64,000 nucleotides of DNA, taken from NCBI GenBank assembly GCA_943350765.1, contig CALRAJ010000001.1:16873-80872 (forward strand), given 5' to 3'. The position numbers and the translations under genes are program-made. The DNA comes from Candidatus Tayloriibacteriota bacterium. GTDB taxonomy: Bacteria; Patescibacteriota; Minisyncoccia; Phycocordibacterales; PALSA-1337. Below, piece by piece: positions 51,505 through 60,678 of the stretch. Positions within the stretch are counted from its first letter, which is position 1; each line of letters begins with the position of its first letter. The notes below the pieces were generated by a model. It worked only from the letters and a program-made list of their open reading frames with translations, ran no database searches and was not told the DNA's origin.

Positions 51505-52500
51505 ATGATAAAAGGTTTTTGGGATGGTATTAAAAAACGTTCTGGCACAGAGCCATTTTTCGTGATGGCACCTCTTGCGGATGTTACGGATATTGCTTTT
51601 CGAGAAATTATTTCAAAATATAGTAGACAGGGAAAGGAATATGGTGGACCAGCGGTACTTTGGACTGAGTTTGTATCAGCGGACGGATTGTGTTCTCCTG
51701 GTAGAAAAGTCTTAGAAAGAGATCTCGCATATACTGAAGGACAGAGACCGATAGTAGCCCAGCTTTTTACTGCACATCCTGACAAAATGCGAGAAGCTTG
51801 TACACTCGTACGAAAGCTCGGTTTTGATGGTATTGATATAAATATGGGCTGTCCAGACAAGTCTATTGAAAAGCAATGTGCTGGGGCGGCGATGATTAAA
51901 AATCCTGAGCTTGCTCGCGAGGTAATAAAATCAGCACGGGAAGGCGCTCTAGATATTCCTGTGTCAGTAAAGACGCGTATTGGTTATAATAAAAATGAAA
52001 TTGAGACATGGATTGCTTTTTTACTTGAGCTAAAACTGCCAGTACTCACGGTACATCTCCGTACACGAAAGGAAATGTCCGATGTACCTGCCCACTGGAA
52101 TTTGATGCCATCTATTATTGCGTTGCGAGACAAGATTTCACCAGAGACTTTGATAATCGGCAACGGTGATGCGATGAGTTTAGAAGACGGTAGACAAAAA
52201 GCGATTGTGAGTGGGGCAGATGGGGTGATGTTTGGACGAGCAATTTTTGGCAACCCGTGGCTTTTTGATACCCATAAAAAAGTGGTGTCTACGCGAGAGA
52301 GGCTGGAAGTGATGCTCGAGCATACGATGCTTTTTGAAAAGCTACTTGGTGATATAAAAAACTTTGCTATCATGAAAAAGCACTACAAAGCGTATGTAAC
52401 AGGCTTTGATGGTGCAAAGGAGCTTCGGGTGAAGCTGATGGAGACAAGTAGTGCCGAGGAGGTGAAAAAGATCGTGGGGGAGTATTTGGGGTCGATATGA
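51505..52500 (+). CDS. dus: tRNA-dihydrouridine synthase
   Basis: MAPLADVTD, IDINMGCP, SVKTRIG, VHLRT, GNGD, GRAIFGNPW. Confidence 0.94.
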   Translation: MIKGFWDGIKKRSGTEPFFVMAPLADVTDIAFREIISKYSRQGKEYGGPAVLWTEFVSADGLCSPGRKVLERDLAYTEGQRPIVAQLFTAHPDKMREACTLVRKLGFDGIDINMGCPDKSIEKQCAGAAMIKNPELAREVIKSAREGALDIPVSVKTRIGYNKNEIETWIAFLLELKLPVLTVHLRTRKEMSDVPAHWNLMPSIIALRDKISPETLIIGNGDAMSLEDGRQKAIVSGADGVMFGRAIFGNPWLFDTHKKVVSTRERLEVMLEHTMLFEKLLGDIKNFAIMKKHYKAYVTGFDGAKELRVKLMETSSAEEVKKIVGEYLGSI

Positions 52501-52629
52501 TATAAATGTATTATAATATGCAACTCACCTAAAAAACTATTATTATTTTATATAGTTAATATTTAAATAAATTTAAATAAAGTTATCCACACCTCTCCCC
52601 TCACTACAAACCTAGTGTATAATAGGAAC

Positions 52630-52818
52630 ATGGAAAAAATTTACAAAATAACAAAAGGTCAGTTAGCTACCCTGTGGATTTTCGGTGTTTGGGTTTTGTT
52701 TTGGGCGATGGATAAAGACGATATGGGTTCAGAATGGGCAGGATTTATCGGTATAATAACCGTTTCGATCCTTGTTTTTTATACTATTGGTTGGCGTAAT
52801 TATCGTAAGAAGGTTTGA
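52630..52818 (+). CDS. Small two-TM hypothetical protein
   Basis: 62-aa hydrophobic ORF, TATAAT 6 nt upstream. Confidence 0.6.
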   Translation: MEKIYKITKGQLATLWIFGVWVLFWAMDKDDMGSEWAGFIGIITVSILVFYTIGWRNYRKKV

Positions 52819-52907
52819 CTTACTCCATAGGTCTCTTTTTAGCAACATTATGTGCTATAATTTACTAATTGTCGCTTTTAACCTAGAAAGGTGGTATACT
52901 GAACTAT

Positions 52908-53234
52908 ATGGAAAATGACAAAATGAATTACGGGATGATATTTGCAGGTTTCAATGTCTCTGAAGAAGAAAAGTTCAGAGTTGGGACAGAGATCACAAAA
53001 GTTGGTAGTTTGACTTTCGATAAGATCGAAAAGAGTGCTGAAGGCTGGTTTGCTCAGTGTAAAGAGATTGAAGGAATAATTGCAGGTAGTACAAATCCTA
53101 CTCCGACAAACACAGAAATCGAATCTGAAATCAGGCAGGCAATATTTTCTGCTTTTAATGTTAAAATAATAGAAACACCAACTGAAACACCTTTTAAGTT
53201 TGAATACGGGAGAGCATTAAAAAACCAAGATTAA
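52908..53234 (+). CDS. HicB-like antitoxin
   Basis: EGWFAQCKEIEGIIAG....E...EIRQAI resembles the HicB N-terminal fold. Confidence 0.55.
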   Translation: MENDKMNYGMIFAGFNVSEEEKFRVGTEITKVGSLTFDKIEKSAEGWFAQCKEIEGIIAGSTNPTPTNTEIESEIRQAIFSAFNVKIIETPTETPFKFEYGRALKNQD

Positions 53235-53237
53235 GAA

Positions 53238-53531
53238 ATGGCTGGTACTAGTATTAAAAACCAACAACTGAAAGCGGGTTTAGGTAACGTTGGTTTTAAG
53301 GACTGGATTAAGTTTGCGAATGGTAAAAACCTTCTGGTTATAGCTGGCGGTAGTGGCTCACATTACACAAATATAAGAAACCCCCAAATACCTGATCCGA
53401 AAGACCCCCGTGGTTTAATTACAACTATTACACCAAACTGTTTCAAGCAAGCCAACGAAGAGATTTTTAAGAGATTTCTTAAGTTCGGTATATCTGAGGA
53501 CGATATTTGGCGAGGACTCGGAAAATTATAA
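53238..53531 (+). CDS. HicA-like toxin
   Basis: helix, GGSGSHY, then strand TTITP; 3 nt after the HicB-like gene. Confidence 0.5.
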   Translation: MAGTSIKNQQLKAGLGNVGFKDWIKFANGKNLLVIAGGSGSHYTNIRNPQIPDPKDPRGLITTITPNCFKQANEEIFKRFLKFGISEDDIWRGLGKL

Positions 53532-53580
53532 TTATAAAATCTTATAGTACTTATAAACAATAATTTGCTATACTACCCAC

Positions 53581-54609
53581 ATGTCGCAAGTCGCACTATA
53601 TCGAAAATATCGTCCACAAGCATTTAAAGAAGTCCGTGGTCAGGAGGCGGTGGTTACTGTGCTTACCAATGCTATTGCTCAGGGTACTATTTCTCACGCT
53701 TATCTTTTTTGCGGTTCTCGGGGTACAGGTAAGACGAGTGTGGCTAGAATATTTGCTCAGGCTATCGGCACGACACCAGAAGATCTGTACGAGATAGACG
53801 CAGCTTCAAACCGTGGTATCGATGATATCCGTGAGCTTCGTGAGTCGGTCAGTACCTTGCCATTTAAATCAAAATACAAAGTCTATATTATCGACGAGGT
53901 ACACATGCTCACAAAGGAGGCTTTTAACGCCCTTTTAAAAACTCTTGAGGAGCCACCAGCTCATGTGGTATTTATTCTCGCCACTACAGAGATGCACAAG
54001 CTTCCAGAGACTGTTGTATCTCGTTGTCAGTCATTTACTTTTCGCAGACCCAGTCGGGAAATTTTAAAAGAAGTAATCCTCAAAACAGCTGAGAAAGAGG
54101 GGTATGCGATAGACAGTCCATCTGCTGAGCTTGTGGCATTGCTCGGTGATGGCTCGTTTCGAGATACGCATGGGATTTTACAAAAAGTAATTGGGTCAGT
54201 AAAAGGTAAAAAGATTACCTTAGATGCTGTACAAAGTGTAACTGGCGCTCCAAAAGGCGAGCTGGTCAATGAGTTTGTTTCGGGTCTAGCACTAAAAAAT
54301 AAAGATAAATGTTTGAATGCTATCGCCTCGGCAGTAAGCGAAAATCTGGACATGAAAATATACCTCACACTGATTTTACAGAAAGTTCGTGCGGTATTAC
54401 TCATTAGAAATAGCGAGACTGCATCAAAAAGATTAAAGGAGGAGTTTTCAGTAGAGGATTTTGATTTACTAATAAATCTCTCAACATCACCAATGAGTGC
54501 TATTTCCTCTAACACGCTTGTCGAGCTTTTAAACACCTACGACCTTATTGGTATTTCGGCTATCGAACAGCTACCACTCGAGCTGGCGGTGCTAAAGGTG
54601 TTGGGGTAA
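53581..54609 (+). CDS. dnaX: DNA polymerase III subunit gamma/tau (short form)
   Basis: ALYRKYRPQ, GSRGTGKT, EIDAAS, IIDEVHML, SRCQ. Confidence 0.96.
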   Translation: MSQVALYRKYRPQAFKEVRGQEAVVTVLTNAIAQGTISHAYLFCGSRGTGKTSVARIFAQAIGTTPEDLYEIDAASNRGIDDIRELRESVSTLPFKSKYKVYIIDEVHMLTKEAFNALLKTLEEPPAHVVFILATTEMHKLPETVVSRCQSFTFRRPSREILKEVILKTAEKEGYAIDSPSAELVALLGDGSFRDTHGILQKVIGSVKGKKITLDAVQSVTGAPKGELVNEFVSGLALKNKDKCLNAIASAVSENLDMKIYLTLILQKVRAVLLIRNSETASKRLKEEFSVEDFDLLINLSTSPMSAISSNTLVELLNTYDLIGISAIEQLPLELAVLKVLG

Positions 54610-54663
54610 TAAAACTATACTTTTTTTCAGTGTACACTCGCTGGTGTATTTTTATGCACCCCA

Positions 54664-54753
54664 CCCCCGAAATTGCAGTAGCAATTTCGGGGGCTAGTTT
54701 TCATCGGCTAAACCCCGTGTTTAGCCGATTAAAATGGCTCAACAGAGCCATTT
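54664..54753. repeat. Palindrome cluster (E-B-C)
   Basis: cccccgaaattgcagtagcaatttcggggg; ggct-N13-agcc-gattaaaat-ggct-caacag-agcc 54706-54749. Confidence 0.9.
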
Positions 54754-54814
54754 CGAAAAAGTGGTTTTTTAGCCAAAATCGCCGCTTTATGGTATGATAA
54801 AACCCATATATTTT

Positions 54815-56671
54815 ATGAATCTAGACAAAGAATCATTACTCAAAAAATTGCGAGAGCATATTTTTTCAATACAAACACAGATTGCAATAATTCGTGATGA
54901 CTTGCTCATTATTGGCAACAAAAGTATAGGGGAAGTCCGTTCTCTGGCAGTAGAAGATCGGATGACACATTGGCAGATAACATATTATAAGGACCAGCGT
55001 ATAGAAGAGCTTCGTCAGCTAAATCTCTCGCCTTATTTTATAAAATGTGAGATACAATACGAGGGCAGTGATGAAATAAAAATTGTGTATTTCAGTAAAT
55101 TTCAGCTTATCGAGCAGTCTATATATTCTTGGATTGCACCTGTATCTACGGTGCGTTTTGAAAAACCAGGACCATTTACTTTTAGATTACCTGACGGACG
55201 AAAGAGGACAGGAACACTTTTATCAAAAGACCAATATCTCATAGTAGACGGTAAACCAGTTTTTTTTGCAACCGAGTCACTTTTATACCCGCGTACACTT
55301 GTTTATCAAGAACACTTTTCTACAAAGAAACAGGGTTTTGTTTTGCCAGAAATTGTGGAATTAATGGAAAAAACACAAGATCAGGTGATCCGTGTGTCCG
55401 GAAAAGGTTCCCTCGTAGTCGGTGGACCAGCTGGGTCAGGAAAGACAACTCTTGCACTACATCGCATCGCATATCTCTTGCAGTCACCAGATACGGCTAG
55501 GCTATATGATCCAAGCACTATTTGTATATTGGTGCAGGATATAGGCTCCAAAAAGTATTTCTCAGGTCTCTTGCCAGAACTTGGTATAAAATATGTTCAG
55601 ATAAATACTTTTTCTGAATGGGCTATGGCTATTCTCGGTTTAGGTCAGGAAATAAAATATGTCCATAGTTATGATCATCAAGGGGCTGATGTGTATGTCT
55701 ATGAGCAGAAAAAACTCGAATTCCTGCGGGCAAATAGTATAGCAATAAATACAAAATTACCTTTTGTGTATCTTGAACGAAAATACAAGGATTATTTTTC
55801 AGAACGAGAGATGGCTATATTTTTAGAACAGAAAAAGCATGGCGTGATTGATAGGATAGACCTCACTATTTTGCTGACTAAATTCTTTGAGAAAAATGGT
55901 AGTTTTTCTACTACCGAAAAGAGAACAGTCTACACAGAAGCTGGGACTCTCGTATCACGAACTCGTAAAAAGAAGATAGCCCACTCACTTATCCTTGTTG
56001 ATGAGTTTCAAAACTACTTACCCGAACAGCTTGCACTTTTAAAACTAGCTTTGGACTCGGAAAATGGCTCAATGCTTTACATCGGTGATCTTGCCCAGCA
56101 AACACGACTAGGGTCAATACGAAATTGGAATGAGATAGGGGAAGAAATCCCAGCCGAGCGAAACATTTGTCTGCACAAAGTTTATCGAAACACAAAACAA
56201 ATTCTAAAATACATTAGAGAAGTTGGTTTCGAGGTCGTAATTCCAAACGAGATAAAAGAGGGAAGTGTGGTGGTGGAAAAAGTACTACAAACCGCGCAGG
56301 AGGAAGTCGAGTATGTTATTTCGGTACTAAAAGATGTAAAATTTGCCTCAGTCGGTATACTTGCAAAAAATAAGGAATATCTTGAAATGTTCAGAACAGC
56401 TTTTGTGGGTCAAATGGAAATACATATTTTGTCTATTCACGAAGCTCAGGGGCTTGAGTTCGAATGTGTATTTTTGGTAGGTGTAGGTTATTTCGATGTG
56501 GGTTATATACAGGAATATAAGGAGTCTCTTCGGGTCGAGGTTAAAAAGATCTATAAGGATTTGTTGTACATTGGCTTGACCCGATCAATGTCTATTTTAC
56601 ATGTACTAGGTGATAGGAAACTCTCGGAGGTATTTCATGGATTTTCGATTGGAGGTGGGACTCTTGAGTAA
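54815..56671 (+). CDS. HelD-like SF1 ATPase/helicase
   Basis: SPYF, YSWIAPV, QDQVIR, GPAGSGKTTLALHRIAYLL, VDEFQ, GDLAQ, QGLEF, YIGLTR. Confidence 0.78.
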   Translation: MNLDKESLLKKLREHIFSIQTQIAIIRDDLLIIGNKSIGEVRSLAVEDRMTHWQITYYKDQRIEELRQLNLSPYFIKCEIQYEGSDEIKIVYFSKFQLIEQSIYSWIAPVSTVRFEKPGPFTFRLPDGRKRTGTLLSKDQYLIVDGKPVFFATESLLYPRTLVYQEHFSTKKQGFVLPEIVELMEKTQDQVIRVSGKGSLVVGGPAGSGKTTLALHRIAYLLQSPDTARLYDPSTICILVQDIGSKKYFSGLLPELGIKYVQINTFSEWAMAILGLGQEIKYVHSYDHQGADVYVYEQKKLEFLRANSIAINTKLPFVYLERKYKDYFSEREMAIFLEQKKHGVIDRIDLTILLTKFFEKNGSFSTTEKRTVYTEAGTLVSRTRKKKIAHSLILVDEFQNYLPEQLALLKLALDSENGSMLYIGDLAQQTRLGSIRNWNEIGEEIPAERNICLHKVYRNTKQILKYIREVGFEVVIPNEIKEGSVVVEKVLQTAQEEVEYVISVLKDVKFASVGILAKNKEYLEMFRTAFVGQMEIHILSIHEAQGLEFECVFLVGVGYFDVGYIQEYKESLRVEVKKIYKDLLYIGLTRSMSILHVLGDRKLSEVFHGFSIGGGTLE

Positions 56672-56755
56672 TTAGTGTTTTTACAGTATTGTTTACGGTA
56701 CCGGGATAATAGTTGTGTTACTAGGAGGGTGTAGTAAGATTGAAATATATAATAT

Positions 56756-56826
56756 TGCGGGATCGTCTAATGGTCGGACATACGCCTTTGAAGCGTAGAA
56801 TTTTGGTTCGATTCCAAGTCCCGCAG
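56756..56826 (+). tRNA. tRNA-Gln(TTG)
   Basis: Acceptor tgcggga/tcccgca, anticodon arm tacgc-ctttgaa-gcgta, T loop ttcgatt; CCA not encoded. Confidence 0.95.
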
Positions 56827-56985
56827 CCGATTTTTAAGCGTAAAAATCGCGTCGAAATTACCAAATATTCGGCGTAGACTAAATAGCGTTTTTACAAAAA
56901 GACCTACCACTTTTATTCGTGAGAGCCATTGATGTCAAAGAATGGTGGCTGACCCCAGTATTAGTTAACATACTATAATCAATCC

Positions 56986-57312
56986 ATGTCTGAATTAGAA
57001 CCGTTACCTGAAATGGGAGAACAAAAACCTGATTACTCAGAATATATAGCCTGTGCTAGGGAATTGTCTGAAAGAAAAGAAAAGTTTACATTTCCAGGAC
57101 TTAATCCAGAATACTATGTGCAATTAAAATCATCAGAGGTGGATTTTCCAGGGTTTACAACACCTATCGATGAATTGATTGCACAATTACAAACTTCAGG
57201 TATGAAAGTTGTTTCTGGTCCAAATCCAGACAGTGGAAATATATACATACTACCATTTGATAGCACTGACATTAGTATGGACTCCCTGTTTCCAAGACAT
57301 CTTGATATTTAA
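56986..57312 (+). CDS. Hypothetical protein, possibly truncated by a premature stop
   Basis: TATAAT 6 nt upstream; frame stays open for 22 codons after the TAA. Confidence 0.65.
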   Translation: MSELEPLPEMGEQKPDYSEYIACARELSERKEKFTFPGLNPEYYVQLKSSEVDFPGFTTPIDELIAQLQTSGMKVVSGPNPDSGNIYILPFDSTDISMDSLFPRHLDI

Positions 57313-57394
57313 GCAGACATGGATCCACGACTTGCACAGTTGATACGCTTTGATATAGATAGAAAAGTCAGACATTCTTAATTTACATGCAAGT

Positions 57395-57676
57395 ATGAAT
57401 ACAGAACTATATTATACCTACATACTCGAGTGTAACGATAAGACTTTATATGTTGGTTTTACCAATGATTTAGAAAAGCGTGTTCATCAACATAATAATT
57501 CTAAAAATGGTGCACATTATACTAAAATCCGCCGACCTGTGGTGCTTAAATATTCCGAAACATACAAAACCTTTTCTGAGGCACGCAAGCGGGAAGAGGA
57601 GTTAAAAAACTGGACAAGAGAGAGGAAAATCTCGTTAATTAGTGGTAAATCAAAAGATACTGTGTCTCGAAACTAG
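57395..57676 (+). CDS. Stand-alone GIY-YIG nuclease (UPF0213-like)
   Basis: YTYILEC..LYVGFT..R..QHN..GAHYTK.RRP..EARKRE. Confidence 0.92.
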   Translation: MNTELYYTYILECNDKTLYVGFTNDLEKRVHQHNNSKNGAHYTKIRRPVVLKYSETYKTFSEARKREEELKNWTRERKISLISGKSKDTVSRN

Positions 57677-57719
57677 TTTTGCTAAACTAAGTATCTTTGC
57701 TACCCTTATGTCACGAGGC

Positions 57720-57904
57720 TTCGAATCCTGCTGGGCAGGAATTTCTCGACCTACAGTCGCAGTACAGGTTGTCGATATTTTGTTTCGAAAACTCACAAAA
57801 TATCTGGCAACCTTTTCGAATCCTGACGAAAGCCGTCTCCACGGCTTTCTCTCGCGGAGCCGCAAAAATATAAAGTTCCCAAAAGGGGCAGTTATTTTTA
57901 TCGG

Positions 57905-57924
<20 letters not shown>
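57720..57924. repeat. Inverted copies of the tRNA-Asn T-arm and 3' end
   Basis: ttcgaatcctgct 57720-57732, ttcgaatcctg 57815-57825 and ctcgcggagccg 57851-57862 on plus match the minus-strand tRNA 3' end. Confidence 0.85.
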
Positions 57925-57977
<53 letters not shown>

Positions 57978-58109
57978 ATATTTATTATTTGTAATACTTA
58001 ACCACGCACCATAATTTTAGAGCTCCTGAGCTACCAAAACATCTCTCCAACACCTCATATACTACCCAAAAAGTACTAAAAAGTAAACAAGACTGGTATT
58101 ATAGTAATT

Positions 58110-58328
58110 ATGTATATAAAAGTAAGGGTACTAGCCGATGCTAAAAAAGAGATATTTCATGAGGTGAGCCCAGATCATTTTAGAGTTTCTGTATGCGAGC
58201 CAGCCGAGCAAAATAGGGCAAATCGTCGCGTTATCGCCATCTTTGAGGAGCATTTTGATGTGTGTGGAATTCGTCTCATAAGCGGACATCATTCGCCCTC
58301 AAAAATTCTTAGTATTCCAGAAAAATAA
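58110..58328 (+). CDS. DUF167 (YggU-like) protein
   Basis: IKVRV, VSVCEPAEQNRAN, SGHHSPSK. Confidence 0.85.
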   Translation: MYIKVRVLADAKKEIFHEVSPDHFRVSVCEPAEQNRANRRVIAIFEEHFDVCGIRLISGHHSPSKILSIPEK

Positions 58329-58381
58329 GGTGTATAATGTAGTGGCAGAGGTTGAGTATTATTCGCTAACTACATACTTAT

Positions 58382-58756
58382 ATGCAAATCACCATAAAAG
58401 CTACCAACATTGAATTGACCGAGGCTATTAGAGAATATGTAAATAAAAAATTTGGTTCTATTTCAAAGTTTATTAAGAAGACTGACGAAAGTGCTCTTTG
58501 TAGGGTAGAGGTCGGCAAAATAACCAATCATCATAAAAAAGGTGATGTATTTCGTGCAGAAGGTAAACTTCATATTGCAGGAAAAGAGTTGTATGCTGTT
58601 TCCGAAAAAGAAGATTTGTTTTTTGCTATAGATGATGTAAAAGATGAAATTATTAGGGAATTACAGTCAACAAAGGAAAAAAAGATTGATATGATTCGTA
58701 GAGGTGGGGCGCGGATTAAAAATATGTTAAAGGGATTGTATGACTGGAGAAAGTAA
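58382..58756 (+). CDS. hpf: Ribosome hibernation promoting factor (RaiA/HPF)
   Basis: NIELTEAIREYVNKK, AEGKLH, DLFFAID. Confidence 0.9.
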   Translation: MQITIKATNIELTEAIREYVNKKFGSISKFIKKTDESALCRVEVGKITNHHKKGDVFRAEGKLHIAGKELYAVSEKEDLFFAIDDVKDEIIRELQSTKEKKIDMIRRGGARIKNMLKGLYDWRK

Positions 58757-58934
58757 AAATAACTTTTACAATTTTGATTTAAAACAAAAGATAAACTCCG
58801 GTTTGTGTATCGTTTTTCTGCTAGTGGCTACATTTTGGGTAGTACTTCAGTACTCAATAGCAAAGGCTTACGATATCGAACATTCGATGTCAGGTAAAAA
58901 TGCCGAGAGGTATAAATTGATGATAGGTGAGTAA
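58740..58934 (+). CDS. Small single-TM hypothetical protein
   Basis: 64-aa ORF overlapping the hpf stop; one hydrophobic segment. Confidence 0.4.
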   Translation: MTGESKNNFYNFDLKQKINSGLCIVFLLVATFWVVLQYSIAKAYDIEHSMSGKNAERYKLMIGE

Positions 58935-58936
58935 AC

Positions 58937-59146
58937 TACCCCAAATTACTAAATGCGTTGAAGGCGTATCTTTTAAATGGACTTTCACATCAGTAGATGA
59001 TGTGTTCCTGTAGACGGCGCCAGACGGGAGCCGAGACTTGAGAGATTTTCTAGCAAGAAAATACTCGTGCCCCGTCTACAGGTGTCTATCCCTAACCGAT
59101 AGACCTTTAAAAGATATGCCGAGAAAGCATTTGGTAATTTGGGGTA
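58937..59146 (+). repeat. Family A structured element, copy A7
   Basis: taccccaaattac...gtaatttggggta; lacks the extra ~35-nt module of A4/A6. Confidence 0.94.
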
Positions 59147-59152
59147 AACTAG

Positions 59153-60007
59153 CTACTTCTTTAAGAAGTCCGAGTACAGAATCTCCTTTCTAGCCTCGGG
59201 AATCACTTTTTTGATTATAAAAGTATTATCTACAAAGTCCGCATCGGTAATAATCACCCGAAGCTTCTTACCATCACTTTCTACAAAAAAATAGCTTGTC
59301 GGCCAACCCTTATACGCATGAAATTTAAGGTAGTTTGAACGATGATCGCCAGAAAGATCGATCAGGCCGTCTTCCTTTAATATTTTTTTGGTAAATGTAG
59401 CTTTGGTATGATCTTGATCAACCGTCTTTATGTCCCCAGCAATCCACGGGGTAATGTTTTTAGAAAGAAGTATTCCGCCTATTGTGCCCAGTAGTCTACC
59501 TAGAGCTTCTGCAGATGGAGGCCAGTTGGCGATATGTATTTTTTCTTGGGCAACTAGTGGACCATGATCCATTTGTGCGTCCATAAGCATAATACTGACA
59601 CCTGTCTCACGCCTATCTTCTAGTATTGCTGTTTCGAGTGGGGTTGCACCTCGAAGTAAAGGCAGTAGAGACGGGTGAACATTTAAGGTTTTATATTTGG
59701 GGATATCTAGGGCTCTTTGTGGAATGATTTTGCCGTATGAAGCCACTATGAAGAGATCACATTCAGTGGATCTGAGTCCATCACAAAAAGTATCGTCGAG
59801 CTTTTCTGGTGTCAGCGTGGGTATGCTATTTTTATCTGCCCAAACTTTTACTTCGGTCGGGGTCATCACGAGCTTTCTGCCTTTTGGTCTGTCTGGGGCA
59901 GTGATGATACAGGTAGGAATAAAACCAGCCTCTTTAAGTTTTTCCAGCACAATAACTGAAAAAAGCGAAGTTCCAAAGAAAGCGATTTTAGGGTTAAGGT
60001 TTTTCAT
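59153..60007 (-). CDS. fmt: Methionyl-tRNA formyltransferase
   Basis: FFGT, TAPDRPKGR, VASYGKI, NVHPSLLP, MDHGP; downstream of def. Confidence 0.95.
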   Translation of the reverse strand: MKNLNPKIAFFGTSLFSVIVLEKLKEAGFIPTCIITAPDRPKGRKLVMTPTEVKVWADKNSIPTLTPEKLDDTFCDGLRSTECDLFIVASYGKIIPQRALDIPKYKTLNVHPSLLPLLRGATPLETAILEDRRETGVSIMLMDAQMDHGPLVAQEKIHIANWPPSAEALGRLLGTIGGILLSKNITPWIAGDIKTVDQDHTKATFTKKILKEDGLIDLSGDHRSNYLKFHAYKGWPTSYFFVESDGKKLRVIITDADFVDNTFIIKKVIPEARKEILYSDFLKK

Positions 60008-60512
60008 TGTTCTCGTGCGCTTCTCTGATATCTGTCGCGTGGTCAATAAACAGTATACCATTTAGATGATCTATTTCGTGCTGAAAGATTTGAGCTAAAA
60101 GACCACTTCCTCCTCGCTCAAATACTTCACCTTTTTCATTGTACGCACGGACAGTCGCCTTGGTTGAGCGAATTGTCTTGCCATAAAAATGTCTGACACT
60201 GAGACAGCCCTCCTCCATCTCAAGTTTATTTTTTGAAAGTTTAGTAATGACTGGATTGATAAAAATCAGGTCGTCTGGCTGATTTTTATCCCTTTTTAAA
60301 TCTTCAGTCAGTGCAAAACCAGCCACCACAAAAATCCGAAGGGATATCCCTATCTGTGGGGCAGCCAGAGCCACACCGTCTTTTTGTTTAGCAAGAGAGA
60401 CCTTCATATCTGCAAGTATTTTTTGTATACGAGGCGAGACAATATCCGAGATAGGGACTTCGGTGGCATTTTGTCTCAGTACAGCATCGTCTTTTTGGAC
60501 TATTGTAAGCAT
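59994..60512 (-). CDS. def: Peptide deformylase
   Basis: GVALAAPQIG, EGCLS, QHEIDHLNG. Confidence 0.97.
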   Translation of the reverse strand: MLTIVQKDDAVLRQNATEVPISDIVSPRIQKILADMKVSLAKQKDGVALAAPQIGISLRIFVVAGFALTEDLKRDKNQPDDLIFINPVITKLSKNKLEMEEGCLSVRHFYGKTIRSTKATVRAYNEKGEVFERGGSGLLAQIFQHEIDHLNGILFIDHATDIREAHENNEKP

Positions 60513-60581
60513 GGATTGATTATAGTGAAAAATAGGTTTTGGGGCAAGTAATTGTTTTGCATTCTAGATATATTAGCGTCC

Positions 60582-60622
60582 AATGGCTCAACGGACACCG
60601 TTGAGCCATTCGTTGAGCCATT
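60582..60622. repeat. D hairpin with duplicated right arm
   Basis: aatggctcaacggacaccgttgagccatt followed by a second cgttgagccatt. Confidence 0.8.
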
Positions 60623-60678
60623 CCGCCTAGACACGCCTATGTTTGGCTCTATTTGAGTGATTTTGGTTAAATTTCACC

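Noticed and set aside
56827..57904. Prophage or integrative island at the tRNA genes
   Set aside because: No integrase, no direct att repeat seen, and only about 1 kb of cargo.
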